DNA of 29,527 bases from an uncultured Clostridium sp. (GTDB lineage: Bacteria; Bacillota; Clostridia; TANB77; CAG-508), in NCBI GenBank assembly GCA_947087745.1, contig CAMUDX010000022.1, positions 1 to 29,527 on the forward strand, read 5' to 3'. Positions 16,605-27,300 of the stretch are shown here, in pieces. The notes under the pieces are model-generated. The model was not told the origin of the DNA. It saw only the letters and a list, made by a program, of their open reading frames with translations, and searched no databases. The position numbers and the translations under genes are program-made. Position 1 is the first letter of the stretch. Every line of letters starts with the position of its first letter.

Positions 16605-17021
16605 TTATTTCATACTCATTTCACAATACTTACATCTATATACCTTATTTTCTGTATCGGTTAAACAGAAGATTTGATCTAGGGATTTTTCTACTGATGT
16701 TATACATCTTGGGTTTTGACATCTAACAATGTTTACTACTTGTTTAGGAAGTTCTACATGAAACTTTCGTGTAAGTTCGTTTTCTTTTACTATGTTTATC
16801 GTAATATTTGGGTCTATAAATCCTAAAATATCTAAGTTTATATCCATAGATTTATCTATTTTTATTATATCTTTTCTCACCATTTTTTGGCTTTTGGCAT
16901 TTGTAATTAAGGCAACAGAGCAGTCTAATTCATCTAATTTTAAAGCTTTATATATCTCCATTCCTTTTTTTGCTTTAATATGGTCTATTACAATTCCATT
17001 TTTTATACTATCTATATTCAT
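16605..17021 (-). CDS. pyrI: aspartate carbamoyltransferase regulatory subunit
   Basis: 138 aa. N-terminal IKNGIVIDHI and the C-terminal zinc cluster CQNPRC...CKYC. Located downstream of pyrB. Confidence 0.93.
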   Translation of the reverse strand: MNIDSIKNGIVIDHIKAKKGMEIYKALKLDELDCSVALITNAKSQKMVRKDIIKIDKSMDINLDILGFIDPNITINIVKENELTRKFHVELPKQVVNIVRCQNPRCITSVEKSLDQIFCLTDTENKVYRCKYCEMSMK

Positions 17022-17128
17022 TATATTATTCCTTCCTTTTTACTACCACTATAAAAATAAATAGTTTTGCACATTAAATTTACGAAATGTGGATAGCTTT
17101 AATATATTTTAATGTTTTATAATTATTA

Positions 17129-18046
17129 TTAAGATTTTATTTCTAATAATTTTAATATTAGAGCCATTCTTATGTATTTACCATAATTTGCCTGTCTAAA
17201 GTAGCAAGCTCTTTCATCATCATCTACATCTGTTGATATTTCATTTACTCTTGGTAATGGATGCATTATACATAAATCTTTTTTAGCTTTTTCCAATTTT
17301 TCTTTATTTAAAATATAATAATCTTTTAGTCTTACATAATCATCTTCATTAAAAAATCTTTCTTTTTGAACTCTTGTCATATATAGAATATCTAATTCTC
17401 CCATATATTCTTCTATATCATGTGTTTCTATATATTCAATATTGTTCTTATCTAAAACTTCTTTTTTTAGATATTCAGGAATTGTTAATTCTTTTGGTGA
17501 AATTAAAATAAATTTTATATTTTTATATCTTGACATAGCAGTAATTAAAGAATGAACAGTTCTACCAAATTTTAAGTCTCCACAAAGACCAATTGTTAGA
17601 TTATCTAGTCTATTTTTTTCACATTCTATTGTTAGTAAATCTGTTAATGTTTGTGTTGGGTGATTATGACCACCATCTCCAGCATTAATTATTGGGACAT
17701 CTGATTTTAGAGATGCAACTAATGGAGCTCCTTCTTTTGGATGTCTCATTGCAATTATATCTGCATAATATCCTACAACTTTTATTGTGTCTGATACACT
17801 TTCTCCTTTTGCTGTAGAACTAGAATCGGCTGATGAAAATCCTAAAATATTTCCACCTAATTCCATCATTGCTGCTTCAAAGCTTAGCCTTGTTCTTGTA
17901 CTAGGCTCGAAGAAAAGTGCTGCGAGTTTTTTTCCTTTGCATTTTTCTGAGTATTTTTCTTTGTTTTTTATTATATCTCTTGCTGTTAGTATTAATTCAT
18001 CAATTTCTTTTACTGATAAATCTTTAATATCGATTAAGTTTTTCAT
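17129..18046 (-). CDS. pyrB: aspartate carbamoyltransferase catalytic subunit
   Basis: 305 aa with the STRTR, HPTQ and HPLPR signature motifs. SD TGGAGGA upstream. Confidence 0.96.
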   Translation of the reverse strand: MKNLIDIKDLSVKEIDELILTARDIIKNKEKYSEKCKGKKLAALFFEPSTRTRLSFEAAMMELGGNILGFSSADSSSTAKGESVSDTIKVVGYYADIIAMRHPKEGAPLVASLKSDVPIINAGDGGHNHPTQTLTDLLTIECEKNRLDNLTIGLCGDLKFGRTVHSLITAMSRYKNIKFILISPKELTIPEYLKKEVLDKNNIEYIETHDIEEYMGELDILYMTRVQKERFFNEDDYVRLKDYYILNKEKLEKAKKDLCIMHPLPRVNEISTDVDDDERACYFRQANYGKYIRMALILKLLEIKS

Positions 18047-18277
18047 TTTTTATTTTTCCTCCATTTGAATTTTTTTTATTATACTATAACTTTTTATAAT
18101 AAGCAAAAAATTTTTGAGGTGTATATAGTTAAAAAATATTTAGTCATATATTTGTTTTTTATAATTTTGCCATGTTAATTACCCTGATATAGTCAATAAT
18201 ACTATTGTAATATAAAGAAAAATATTATATAATATACAATAAATTAATGAAACCCAATAAAAATAAGGAGGAAGGAT

Positions 18278-19858
18278 ATGTTAACAGCAAATGGAGTAAC
18301 CATACGATTTGGCAAAAGAGTATTATTCGAAGATGTAAATATAAAATTCGCAAAGGGAAATTGCTATGGAATAATAGGAGCAAATGGTGCAGGAAAATCA
18401 ACATTTTTAAAGGTATTATCAGGAGAAATTGAGCCAAGCAAGGGAGATGTATCATTAGAAAAAAATGAAAGAATATCAGTATTAAAGCAAGACCACTTTG
18501 CATTCGAAGAATACACAGTATTAGATACAGTAATAATGGGAAATAAAGAATTATATAATATAATGAAGGAAAAGGAAGAAATATATGCAAAACCTGACTT
18601 CTCAGAAGAAGATGGAATGAAGGCAGCAAAATTAGAAGAAAAGTTTGCAGAGTTAGATGGATGGAATGCAGAAGCGGATGCAGAAAAATTACTAAACGAT
18701 TTGGGAATAATACCAGAAAAACATTATAAGCTAATGAGTGAATTAGAGGCAAGAGAAAAAGTAAAAGTATTATTAGCACAAAGTTTATTTGGAAATCCTG
18801 ATGTATTATTACTAGATGAGCCTACAAATGACTTGGATTTAAAAAGCATAAATTGGCTACAAGAATTCTTAATAAATTTTGAAAATACTGTAATAGTAGT
18901 ATCACATGATAGATACTTCTTAAATAAAGTATGTACACACATAGCAGATGTTGATTTTGGAAAGATAAAAGTATATCCAGGAAATTATGATTTCTGGTAC
19001 GAATCAAGTCAATTAGCACTAAGACAAATGAAAGAACAAAACAAAAAGAAAGAAGAAAAGATAAAAGAATTACAAGAATTTATTGCTAGATTTAGTGCAA
19101 ATGCATCAAAATCAAAACAAGCAACATCAAGAAAGAAAACGTTAGAAAAAATAGAATTAGATGAAATAAAACCATCTAACAGAAAATATCCATATGTAGA
19201 TTTTAAGCCTGATAGAGAGCCAGGAAAAGAAATTTTACAAGTCAAAAATATATCTAAGACAATAAATGGAGAAAAGATATTAAATAATATAACATTTACA
19301 GTAAAACCAAATGATAAAATTGCATTTTTGGCAGATAATGAAATTGCTAAGACAGTACTATTTCAAATAATATCAGGCGAAATAGAGCCTGATGAAGGAG
19401 AACTAATATGGGGAACAACAATTACAAAAGATTATTTCCCAAAAGATAATAATTATTTATTTGAGACAGATGAAAATTTAACAGACTGGCTAAGAAAGTA
19501 TTCAAAAGAGCCAGATGAAACATATGTAAGAGGTTTTCTAGGCAGAATGTTATTTTCAGGAGATGAATCACTAAAAAAAGTAAATGTATTATCAGGAGGA
19601 GAAAAGGTAAGGTGTGTACTTTCAAAAATGATGTTATCAGGAGCAAATTTATTAATATTTGATGAGCCTACTAATCATTTAGATATGGAAAGTATTACTT
19701 CTGTAAATGAAGGAATGACAAAGTTTAAAGGAAATATATTATTTACATCTCATGACCACCAATTAACTCAGACAGTTGCAAATAGGATAATTGAGATAAA
19801 AGAAGATAAAATTATAGATAGAGAAGTAACATACAATGAATATTTAGGAATTGAATAA
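18278..19858 (+). CDS. ABC-F family ATPase (YbiT/YkpA-like, two ABC domains, no TM domain)
   Basis: 526 aa. Two Walker A sites (GANGAGKST, and a degenerate second site), two LSGGE signatures and two DEPTN Walker B sites. The N-terminus closely parallels the YbiT pattern ...GANG.GKSTF.K.L.G..EP..G.VS......I..L.QD.FAFEE.TVLDTVIMG. Confidence 0.88.
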   Translation: MLTANGVTIRFGKRVLFEDVNIKFAKGNCYGIIGANGAGKSTFLKVLSGEIEPSKGDVSLEKNERISVLKQDHFAFEEYTVLDTVIMGNKELYNIMKEKEEIYAKPDFSEEDGMKAAKLEEKFAELDGWNAEADAEKLLNDLGIIPEKHYKLMSELEAREKVKVLLAQSLFGNPDVLLLDEPTNDLDLKSINWLQEFLINFENTVIVVSHDRYFLNKVCTHIADVDFGKIKVYPGNYDFWYESSQLALRQMKEQNKKKEEKIKELQEFIARFSANASKSKQATSRKKTLEKIELDEIKPSNRKYPYVDFKPDREPGKEILQVKNISKTINGEKILNNITFTVKPNDKIAFLADNEIAKTVLFQIISGEIEPDEGELIWGTTITKDYFPKDNNYLFETDENLTDWLRKYSKEPDETYVRGFLGRMLFSGDESLKKVNVLSGGEKVRCVLSKMMLSGANLLIFDEPTNHLDMESITSVNEGMTKFKGNILFTSHDHQLTQTVANRIIEIKEDKIIDREVTYNEYLGIE

Positions 19859-19860
19859 AT

Positions 19861-19886
19861 AAAAAACAGGATATTCCTGTTTTTTA
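19861..19886. terminator. bidirectional intrinsic terminator
   Basis: AAAAAACAGGA-TAT-TCCTGTTTTTT between convergent genes. Confidence 0.8.
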
Positions 19887-19887
19887 T

Positions 19888-20517
19888 TTATATATTATGA
19901 ATTAAAGAATACAGAAAATAATTATAAAGCAAACTAATAATTCCAACAACTCCAAAAGTTATAAAAATAAGATTTGAAAAAACCTTTATACTATGTTCAG
20001 AGAATTTTTTACCAAGTAATTTACCAAAGAAAATAGCAATAGAATTACTCAAAACCATACCTAAAATAGAGCCCAAAATCAAAGGGAGTTTACAATTTGG
20101 ATAATCAATACCAAGACCAATAGAAGCTAGAAGAGTCTTATCTCCAAGTTCTCCAACTGCAATACTAATTGCTACCATAAATACACAATTTAAGCACAAT
20201 TTATTAAGTCTTTTAAGAAAAGGATTATGATGTTCTTTTTCTTTTTTCGATTCAGGTAAAAATCCAATAATACCAAAAAGCAAGAAAGAGAGATATGTTA
20301 TTATTTTTAAAGTAAGAGGATTTCCGAATAGACCAATTTGGCTACCCAACAAAATAGCAATACCGTGACTTAAAAAAGTACCAAGTGCTACACCTAATAG
20401 AACGCTAACCGCTTTATTCTGGGTAGAGAAAGACAAAACTAAAATTTGAGTTTTATCTCCAAGTTCAGAGAAGAATATAATAGTAAAAGCAATAAAAAAA
20501 GGGTAAATAAATTCCAT
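19888..20517 (-). CDS. GDT1/TMEM165 (UPF0016) family cation (Mn2+/Ca2+) transporter
   Basis: 209 aa, about 6 TM helices, with the duplicated signature E-x-G-D-K-T (SELGDKTQ and GELGDKTL). Confidence 0.85.
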   Translation of the reverse strand: MEFIYPFFIAFTIIFFSELGDKTQILVLSFSTQNKAVSVLLGVALGTFLSHGIAILLGSQIGLFGNPLTLKIITYLSFLLFGIIGFLPESKKEKEHHNPFLKRLNKLCLNCVFMVAISIAVGELGDKTLLASIGLGIDYPNCKLPLILGSILGMVLSNSIAIFFGKLLGKKFSEHSIKVFSNLIFITFGVVGIISLLYNYFLYSLIHNI

Positions 20518-20519
20518 AA

Positions 20520-20535
20520 TAGCCCAGTCCTTTCA
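20520..20535. repeat. copy 1 of an exact 16-nt G+C-rich repeat TAGCCCAGTCCTTTCA
   Basis: Identical to 22320-22335 on the same strand. On the minus strand it spans the SD-to-start region of the GDT1-family gene (TGAAAGGACTGGGCTA-TT-ATG). Confidence 0.9.
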
Positions 20536-20772
20536 TAAAGAAAAAATAGTAAAATGTAAAATGTGTTTTTTAATACATATGAACAAAAAAACAAAATATG
20601 AAAATAAATCGGTAAAAATGAAATAGCCGTAAGAAAAATGTGAATTTTTTGTGAAGAATATTTACAATCATGGAAATAAATGGTAGTATTTTCCTATAAA
20701 TTAAAAACGGATTAAGAATTCTTATATTCTAAGTAAAAAAACTTATCCGTAAAAATTAAGGAGGAAACTTTC

Positions 20773-21792
20773 GTGATAAAATTAAAAAATGTTACTAAGA
20801 AATATGGAAACGTTTTGGCATTAGATAATGTAAGTTTTGAAATAAACGAAGGAGAAGTCGTAGGATTATTAGGACCAAATGGGGCAGGAAAAAGTACAAC
20901 AATGAATATAATAACAGGTTTTATAGAACAAACGGCAGGAGAAGTAATAATAGACGGATATAATACAATAAAAAAACCACAAAAAGCAAAAAAGCAGATA
21001 GGATATATGCCAGAAGGGGTACCATTATATGGTGATTTAACAGTTAAAGAATTCGTTACGTATATGGCAGAATTAAGAGGAGTAAAAAGAAAAGAGAAAA
21101 AGGAGAAAGTACAAAATGCACTACAAGATGCAGGATTAGAAAATGTACAAAACAAATTAACAAGAAACTTGTCAAGAGGATATAAACAAAGAGTAAGCTT
21201 AGCAGGGACACTAGTTTCTGAGCCAAAAGTAATAATATTAGATGAGCCGACGGTTGGTTTAGACCCTAAACAAGTAACAGAAATAAGAGAACTAATAAAA
21301 AGGTTAGGAAAAAAACATACAGTTATATTAAGTTCACACATATTATCAGAGGTTAGTCAAATATGTAATAAGGTAATAATAATAAATAAGGGAAAGATAG
21401 TAGCAATAGATACACCAGAAAATTTAGAGAACAGAGTATCAAGTAAAAATGTAATTTATGTAACAGTTGAGGACACAGAAAATAAGATTAACATGATGAA
21501 TAACAAAATAAGTGAAATAAAGGAAATTAAGTTAATAAAAGAAAATGAAGATAAGACTAAGCAATATGCTATAGAAGCGGAGGGAAATACAGATTTAAGA
21601 AAGCAAATATTTGAAAATTTTGCAAAGGAAAACATAACAATATTTGAAATGAAAAAAGCTGATACATCATTAGAAGACGCATTTATGCAACTAATAGATA
21701 AAAATACATCCACAGAAAGTATAAATAATGTGGAAAACAATTCAGAAAATAAATTAGAAAGTGAAAAAGATAATGAAGGAGGAGAAAAATAG
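20773..21792 (+). CDS. ABC-2 type exporter ATP-binding protein (GldA-like)
   Basis: Walker A GPNGAGKST, signature LSRGYKQR, Walker B IILDEPT and H-loop SSH. GTG start 8 nt after AAGGAGG. Acidic C-terminal extension. Confidence 0.9.
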   Translation: MIKLKNVTKKYGNVLALDNVSFEINEGEVVGLLGPNGAGKSTTMNIITGFIEQTAGEVIIDGYNTIKKPQKAKKQIGYMPEGVPLYGDLTVKEFVTYMAELRGVKRKEKKEKVQNALQDAGLENVQNKLTRNLSRGYKQRVSLAGTLVSEPKVIILDEPTVGLDPKQVTEIRELIKRLGKKHTVILSSHILSEVSQICNKVIIINKGKIVAIDTPENLENRVSSKNVIYVTVEDTENKINMMNNKISEIKEIKLIKENEDKTKQYAIEAEGNTDLRKQIFENFAKENITIFEMKKADTSLEDAFMQLIDKNTSTESINNVENNSENKLESEKDNEGGEK

Positions 21793-22476
21793 ATGACAGC
21801 TATATTAAAAAAAGAATTAAAAAGCTATTTTTTATCCCCAATAGGATATGTAGTAATGGCAATATTTTTATTATGTTTTAGTGTGTTTTTTTACTTAACA
21901 ACATTTACTTCAGCTAGTGTAGATTTAGGGGGAGTTTACTATTATACAGCATTATATGGATTAATAATAATAGCCCCAATATTAACAATGCGAATGTTTG
22001 CAGAAGAGAGAAAAACAGGTACAGAACAATTATTATTAACATCACCAGTAGGAATATTTAAAATAGTTATTGGGAAATTTCTAGCAGCCTTAGTAGTAAT
22101 ATTATTAACATTGATTATATCATTAATGTTTTTTGCAATTACAAGTTATTTTGGAAAACCAAATATAATGTCTGTATTATCAGCAATGATTGGATTTGTA
22201 TTTATAAGTATGTCAGCAATATCAATAGGAATGTTTGCATCAAGTTTAACAGAAAACCAAATAATTGCTGGAGTATTAACAGTAGGTTTTTTAGTAATTT
22301 CTCTATTTGCAGGGTCAATTAGCCCAGTCCTTTCAGGATTAACTCTAATTGAATATTATTTGCAATTTGCACAAGGAGTAATATCACTTGAAAATACAAT
22401 ATCATTGTTGTTATTTACATTTGTGTTTATAAGTTTAACAATGATAGTAATGCAAAGAAGAAAATTAGTAAAGTAA
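21793..22476 (+). CDS. ABC-2 family permease (GldF-like)
   Basis: 227 aa, 6 predicted TM helices, with the FAEERKTGTEQLLLTSP motif typical of ABC-2 permeases. Abuts the ATPase gene. Confidence 0.85.
   Translation: MTAILKKELKSYFLSPIGYVVMAIFLLCFSVFFYLTTFTSASVDLGGVYYYTALYGLIIIAPILTMRMFAEERKTGTEQLLLTSPVGIFKIVIGKFLAALVVILLTLIISLMFFAITSYFGKPNIMSVLSAMIGFVFISMSAISIGMFASSLTENQIIAGVLTVGFLVISLFAGSISPVLSGLTLIEYYLQFAQGVISLENTISLLLFTFVFISLTMIVMQRRKLVK
22320..22335. repeat. copy 2 of the exact 16-nt repeat TAGCCCAGTCCTTTCA
   Basis: Lies inside the permease coding sequence (codons for ISPVLSG). The sense mRNA here is perfectly complementary to the translation-initiation region of the GDT1-family mRNA. Confidence 0.9.
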
Positions 22477-22479
22477 GGA

Positions 22480-23988
22480 GTGAGAAGATTGAAGAATAAT
22501 AAAGAAAATTTGCCAATAGAGAAACAAGAAGAAAAAGAAGGAATAATTCGCAAATTTATAAATATTCTAAATACTAGATGGCTACAAAGTGGATTGACCA
22601 CAATAATGTTGATTTTAATTATATTTGCTATATATTTAGGAGTAAATATAATATTAGATAAAGTAATTCTACCTGATATAGATTTAACAGAAAATAAAAT
22701 ATATTCGTTGTCTGAAGAGACAAATACTAAATTGAAGAATATTAATAAAGAAGTAAAAATAACATTAATTAATTATGGCGATTATGAAAGTTTTATAAAA
22801 ATAGTAGAAAAATATACAACCGTAAACAAATTAATAACTTTAGAAAGAATTGATGATTTGGCATCCAGAACAGATATAATGCAAAAGTATTCATTGGGAA
22901 CTACAGATAAGTTAATATTAATATCATCTGAGAATAAAGAGAAAACTATAGCAGAATATGATTTATATACATATGATTATTCAACATATGAAGAAATTGA
23001 CTTAACAGAAGAAACAATTACAAATGCAATTATAGATATAACAACTGAAAATAGACCAATTATTTACTTTATGAATAATCATATAATGTATAGCGAAGCA
23101 TATTATACAACAATACTAAATGCACTAAAAAATGAGGCTAATGAAGTAAAAACATTGGATTTACTAACACAAGGAGAAGTACCAAGTGATTGTGATACAT
23201 TAATTATTACAACTCTTAAAGAAGATATTACTGAAGGTGAAAGAGATAAAATAATTGAGTATATTAATAGAGGTGGAGATTTATTACTACTATGTGGCTC
23301 TAATTTACTAGATGTTCCATTAACTAATTTTGATTTAGTGCTAAGTCAATTTGGAATGCGAATTGGAAATGGAGTAATATTTGAAGGAAGTTCTTCTAAT
23401 ATGTTATCAGGTTATCCAGATTTTATAGTTGAAGAAGTACAAAGTAACAGCATAACTAAACAAATTAATATGTCAATAAATGCATGTTTTGCAGATGCTG
23501 CACCAATTATTGTTTATGAAGAAAAGTTAGATGAATTAGGCGTAGAGTACGAAACTTTAATAACTACTACAAATAAAGCATTTATAAGAACTGACCTATC
23601 ACAACAATCAGCAGTTAGAACATCACAAGATAGTGAAGCAGGAGAGCAAATTGTAGGAGTTCTTGCAACTAAAAAGATTAATGATAATGCTTCTTCTAAG
23701 TTAGTTCTATATTCAAATGAGTTATTTGCAACAAGCACAGCTGTTCAATTAATGGGATATAGATATGAAATTGTTGATTTATATAATAATAAAGATATTG
23801 TATTAAATTCGATAGCATATTTAAATGAGAGAGAAGATATTATAACAATCAGAAAAAATTATGATAGTGTTTCTTATACAGTTACAGAACTTCAAAACAA
23901 TGTAATTATGGCTATTATATTTATAACACCAGTCATTGTCCTTGCTATTGGTATAGTCGTTTGGCAAGTTAGAAGAAGAAAAAAATAA
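22480..23988 (+). CDS. GldG-like ABC transporter auxiliary component
   Basis: 502 aa. N-terminal TM anchor, large extracytoplasmic domain and a C-terminal TM followed by RRRKK. Third gene of the GldA/F/G-type trio. The start could instead be the TTG at 22489, 8 nt after AAGGAG. Confidence 0.7.
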   Translation: MRRLKNNKENLPIEKQEEKEGIIRKFINILNTRWLQSGLTTIMLILIIFAIYLGVNIILDKVILPDIDLTENKIYSLSEETNTKLKNINKEVKITLINYGDYESFIKIVEKYTTVNKLITLERIDDLASRTDIMQKYSLGTTDKLILISSENKEKTIAEYDLYTYDYSTYEEIDLTEETITNAIIDITTENRPIIYFMNNHIMYSEAYYTTILNALKNEANEVKTLDLLTQGEVPSDCDTLIITTLKEDITEGERDKIIEYINRGGDLLLLCGSNLLDVPLTNFDLVLSQFGMRIGNGVIFEGSSSNMLSGYPDFIVEEVQSNSITKQINMSINACFADAAPIIVYEEKLDELGVEYETLITTTNKAFIRTDLSQQSAVRTSQDSEAGEQIVGVLATKKINDNASSKLVLYSNELFATSTAVQLMGYRYEIVDLYNNKDIVLNSIAYLNEREDIITIRKNYDSVSYTVTELQNNVIMAIIFITPVIVLAIGIVVWQVRRRKK

Positions 23989-24098
23989 AAGATTTTTAGT
24001 ACAAAGAGACTACGGTAAAACTTTGAATTTAACGATGAAAAAAAGAAATAATATTAATTTAGTTATATATATGTTTTTCAAATTATAGCTGATTTTCT

Positions 24099-24122
24099 AG
24101 TGAGCGGGAATTCCCGCTCACT
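24099..24122. repeat. 24-bp perfect G+C-rich palindrome AGTGAGCGGGAATTCCCGCTCACT
   Basis: Self-complementary with GAATTC at its centre. The T-run lies 12 nt downstream rather than adjacent to the stem. Confidence 0.9.
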
Positions 24123-24359
24123 GGGAAATTAGTTCTTTTTTTTAAAATATATTTAATCCATGCTCTAAAAGCATAACTTATTTTTGACATGTTATACATA
24201 AGATATTAAAATAAATATGCAAAAAATTAATATATATGTAGAGAAAAAATATTAAAAATTGTAAAAAAATGATTTGTTTGCTTGAATTTTAGAAACAAAT
24301 ATTATATAGTAGATTACAATAAATAAGAGAAATAAAAAGGGAAACAAGTGGTGAAATAG

Positions 24360-27300
24360 ATGTATTTAAAAAGGTTAGAATTACAAGGATTCAAGTCATT
24401 TGCAGACAAAACAGTATTAGAATTTATGCCAGGAATAACAACTGTAATAGGACCGAACGGATCAGGAAAAAGTAATATATCTGATAGTATAAGATGGGTA
24501 TTAGGGGAGCAAAGCATAAAATCATTAAGAGGGTCAAAAGCGCTAGATATAATATTTGCTGGAACAGAAAACAGGAAATCCCTAGGGTTTGCGGAAGCAT
24601 CATTAATATTTGACAATACAGATGGGACATTACCAATAGAATACCAAGAAGTAATAGTAACTAGAAAGATATATAGAAGCGGAGAAACTGGATACTATAT
24701 AAACAAAACTCCATGCAGATTAAAAGATGTATTGGAGTTATTCATGGATACAGGAATAGGAAGAGATGGCTATTCAATAATAGGACAAGGAAAAATAGAT
24801 GAAATATTAAGCAATAAATCAGAAGACAGAAGACATATATTCGAAGAAGCAGCAGGAATAGTAAAATATAGAGCAAGAAAAGAAGAGACAGAAAAGAAAC
24901 TAGAACATACAAAACTAAACTTATTAAGAATAAATGATATATTATCAGAAATAGAGCAAAATATAGAGCCATTAAGAATACAATCAGACAAAGCAAAACA
25001 ATTTTTAAATTTGAGAGAAGAACTAAAAAGCATTGAAATAGGTTTATTTATATATAACATAGAAAAATATAAAGAAGAATTAAAAAAAATAACAGAAGAT
25101 GAAGAAATAATGAGAGACACATTAAACCAAGAAGAAGGAAAATTAGAAAGAATAAATGCGTTAAAAGAAGAACTAAAAACACAAATAGAAGAAATAACTA
25201 ACAAAATAGAAGAGGCACAGAATATAGGATTTGAAAGCAAAAATGAAATAGAAAAAGCAAATTCAGATATAAATGTAGCACAGACGAAAATACAAAATAA
25301 CAATGAAAATAGCAAGAGATATGAAGAAGATATAGAAGAATACAAACAAAAAATAGACGATTTAAAAGAAGAAATAGAACAGAAAAAATCAAGAAAAGAC
25401 AATTTAAAAAAGAATAAAGAAAAATTTGAAAATGAGCTAAAAGAAAAAGAAGAAGAGTTATCAAAAGTAACAAGTAAATTAACCCAAAAAGAATTAGAAT
25501 ATGAGAGCAAAAAGAAAAATGTTGAAGAAAACACAGAAAAAAAATATGAATTACAAACACAAATAGGAACAGATAAAGCAAATTTAGAAAATCTAAAAAA
25601 GAGAAAAGAACAATTAAAACAAGAAATTGAAAACAATATATCAGATTTAGATAGTACAAGAATAAAAAAAGAAGAAATAACAAATGAATTTCAAAAAATA
25701 GAGACAGAAAAAAACCAGTTATCAAAAGAATTAGAAGAAATATCTAGCAAGAGAGAAGAAGCGAATGAAAAAATAAAACAATTTGAAAATGAGATAAATA
25801 CATTATCAAATGAAATGAGAATAAAAGACTCAAGACTAAAATTTTTAATAGAAACAGAAAAAGAAAGAGAAGGATATACCAAAAGTGTAAAAGAACTATT
25901 AAAAGCGTGTGATAATGTAAAAGACTTAGGGAAAGGAATCCACGGAGTACTTGCAAATGTAATAACAGTACCAAAAGAATATGAAGTTGCAATTGAAATG
26001 TGCTTAGGAGCAAGCTTACAAAATATAGTAACAGACTCTGAAGAAGATGCAGAAAGATTAATACAATATTTAAAGGCTAATAATTTAGGAAGAGCATCAT
26101 TTTTACCATTAGTCTCAATAAAAGGCAAAAAATTAGAAAGAATTAGAAGTCATGCAAATGGAATTGTAGGAATTGCATCAGATTTAGTAGAGTATGATAA
26201 AAAGTATGAACAAATAATGCTAAATTTACTTGGAAGAACAGTAATAGTAGATACAATGCAAACAGCTATAGCCCTAGCAAGAACAGAAAACTACTTATAT
26301 AGAGTTATAACATTGCAAGGAGATGTAATTAATCCATCAGGATTAATTACAGGAGGATCTGTAGCAAAGAAAACTGTAAATATTCTAGGTAGAAGTAGGG
26401 AAATTGAGAGTTTAGAAAAGGAACTTAAAAAATTAAAAGCTAAAATAGAAAAATTAGAACAAGAAAAACAAGATTATATATCATCAAACGAAAATATAAT
26501 AGAAGCAACAGAAAATTTAGAAAAAATGCTACAAGAAACAGATATAACATATGCAACAGAAAAACAAAGAGTAATATCAATAGAAGAAAATGTTGAAAGA
26601 TTGTCAAATAGATTAACAAAGTCAAGAGAAGAAGTTACAGAAATAGAAAAACAAATGACAGAAGTTGAGGAACAAAGAAATAAAAAAGAACAAGAGATAA
26701 CGGAGTTAAATAATAAAAATAGCATTTTACAAGATGAAATAAATAAATTTGCTGAAGCAAATAAAGAAGAACAAAAATACATAGATGACTTAAATTTTGA
26801 TATAACAAATTTAAAAATTTCTGTATCATCTTTTGATGAAAGTGAAAGTTCAATTGTTGAAATGGAAGAAAGAATAAAGCAGGATATTGAGAACAATGAA
26901 AAAGGTTTAAGAGTAAAACAAGAACAAATAGAACAAACTAAAACAGATAATATTAATTTAGAACAGGAGATAGAAAATTTAAATAACAAAATAAAAGACA
27001 TAGAAGAAAAAGTTAAAAATAGTGGAAAAGCTATAGAGGAATTGAGGAATCAAAGACAAGAGAAAAGTGAAAAATTAACTAAAAAAGAAGAAGAACAAGT
27101 TTCACAATTCAAAACCATTGAAGACTTAAAGTCACAAAATATCAAGATTGAAGTTAAGAAAAACAAGATACAAGAAGATTGTAATAACATTATAAATAAA
27201 ATGTGGGAAGAATATGAATTGACTCCAAATGCAGTAACAGATTATAAAGAGCCAGAAAATATTGCAAATACACAGAAGAAGGTAAATAACCTAAGAGCAG

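Noticed and set aside
18047-18277. PyrR-binding attenuator in the pyrB leader
   Set aside because: There is no match to the conserved PyrR loop (..UCCAGAGAGG..) and no obvious terminator/antiterminator pair on the minus strand.
18225-18779. 184-aa minus-strand ORF and other antisense ORFs within 18278-19858
   Set aside because: They are antisense to the ABC-F gene, leucine/phenylalanine-rich shadow frames with no ribosome-binding site.
20518-20772. yybP-ykoY manganese riboswitch upstream of the GDT1/UPF0016 transporter
   Set aside because: This family is often controlled by that riboswitch. I read the minus-strand leader and found neither the conserved GGGGAGTAG element nor the paired four-way-junction segments. 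The leader is almost pure A/T.
20712-21341. 209-aa minus-strand ORF
   Set aside because: It is antisense to the ABC ATPase gene, whose Walker A, Walker B and signature motifs are unambiguous.
24424-27001. Many long minus-strand ORFs inside smc (e.g. 24770-25636, 25198-25725, 25691-26128, 26474-27001)
   Set aside because: They are antisense shadows of the K/E-rich coiled-coil codons (GAA/AAA read backwards give F/L/S-rich frames without stops). They have no SD sites, are low complexity, and are fully nested in a confidently identified gene.
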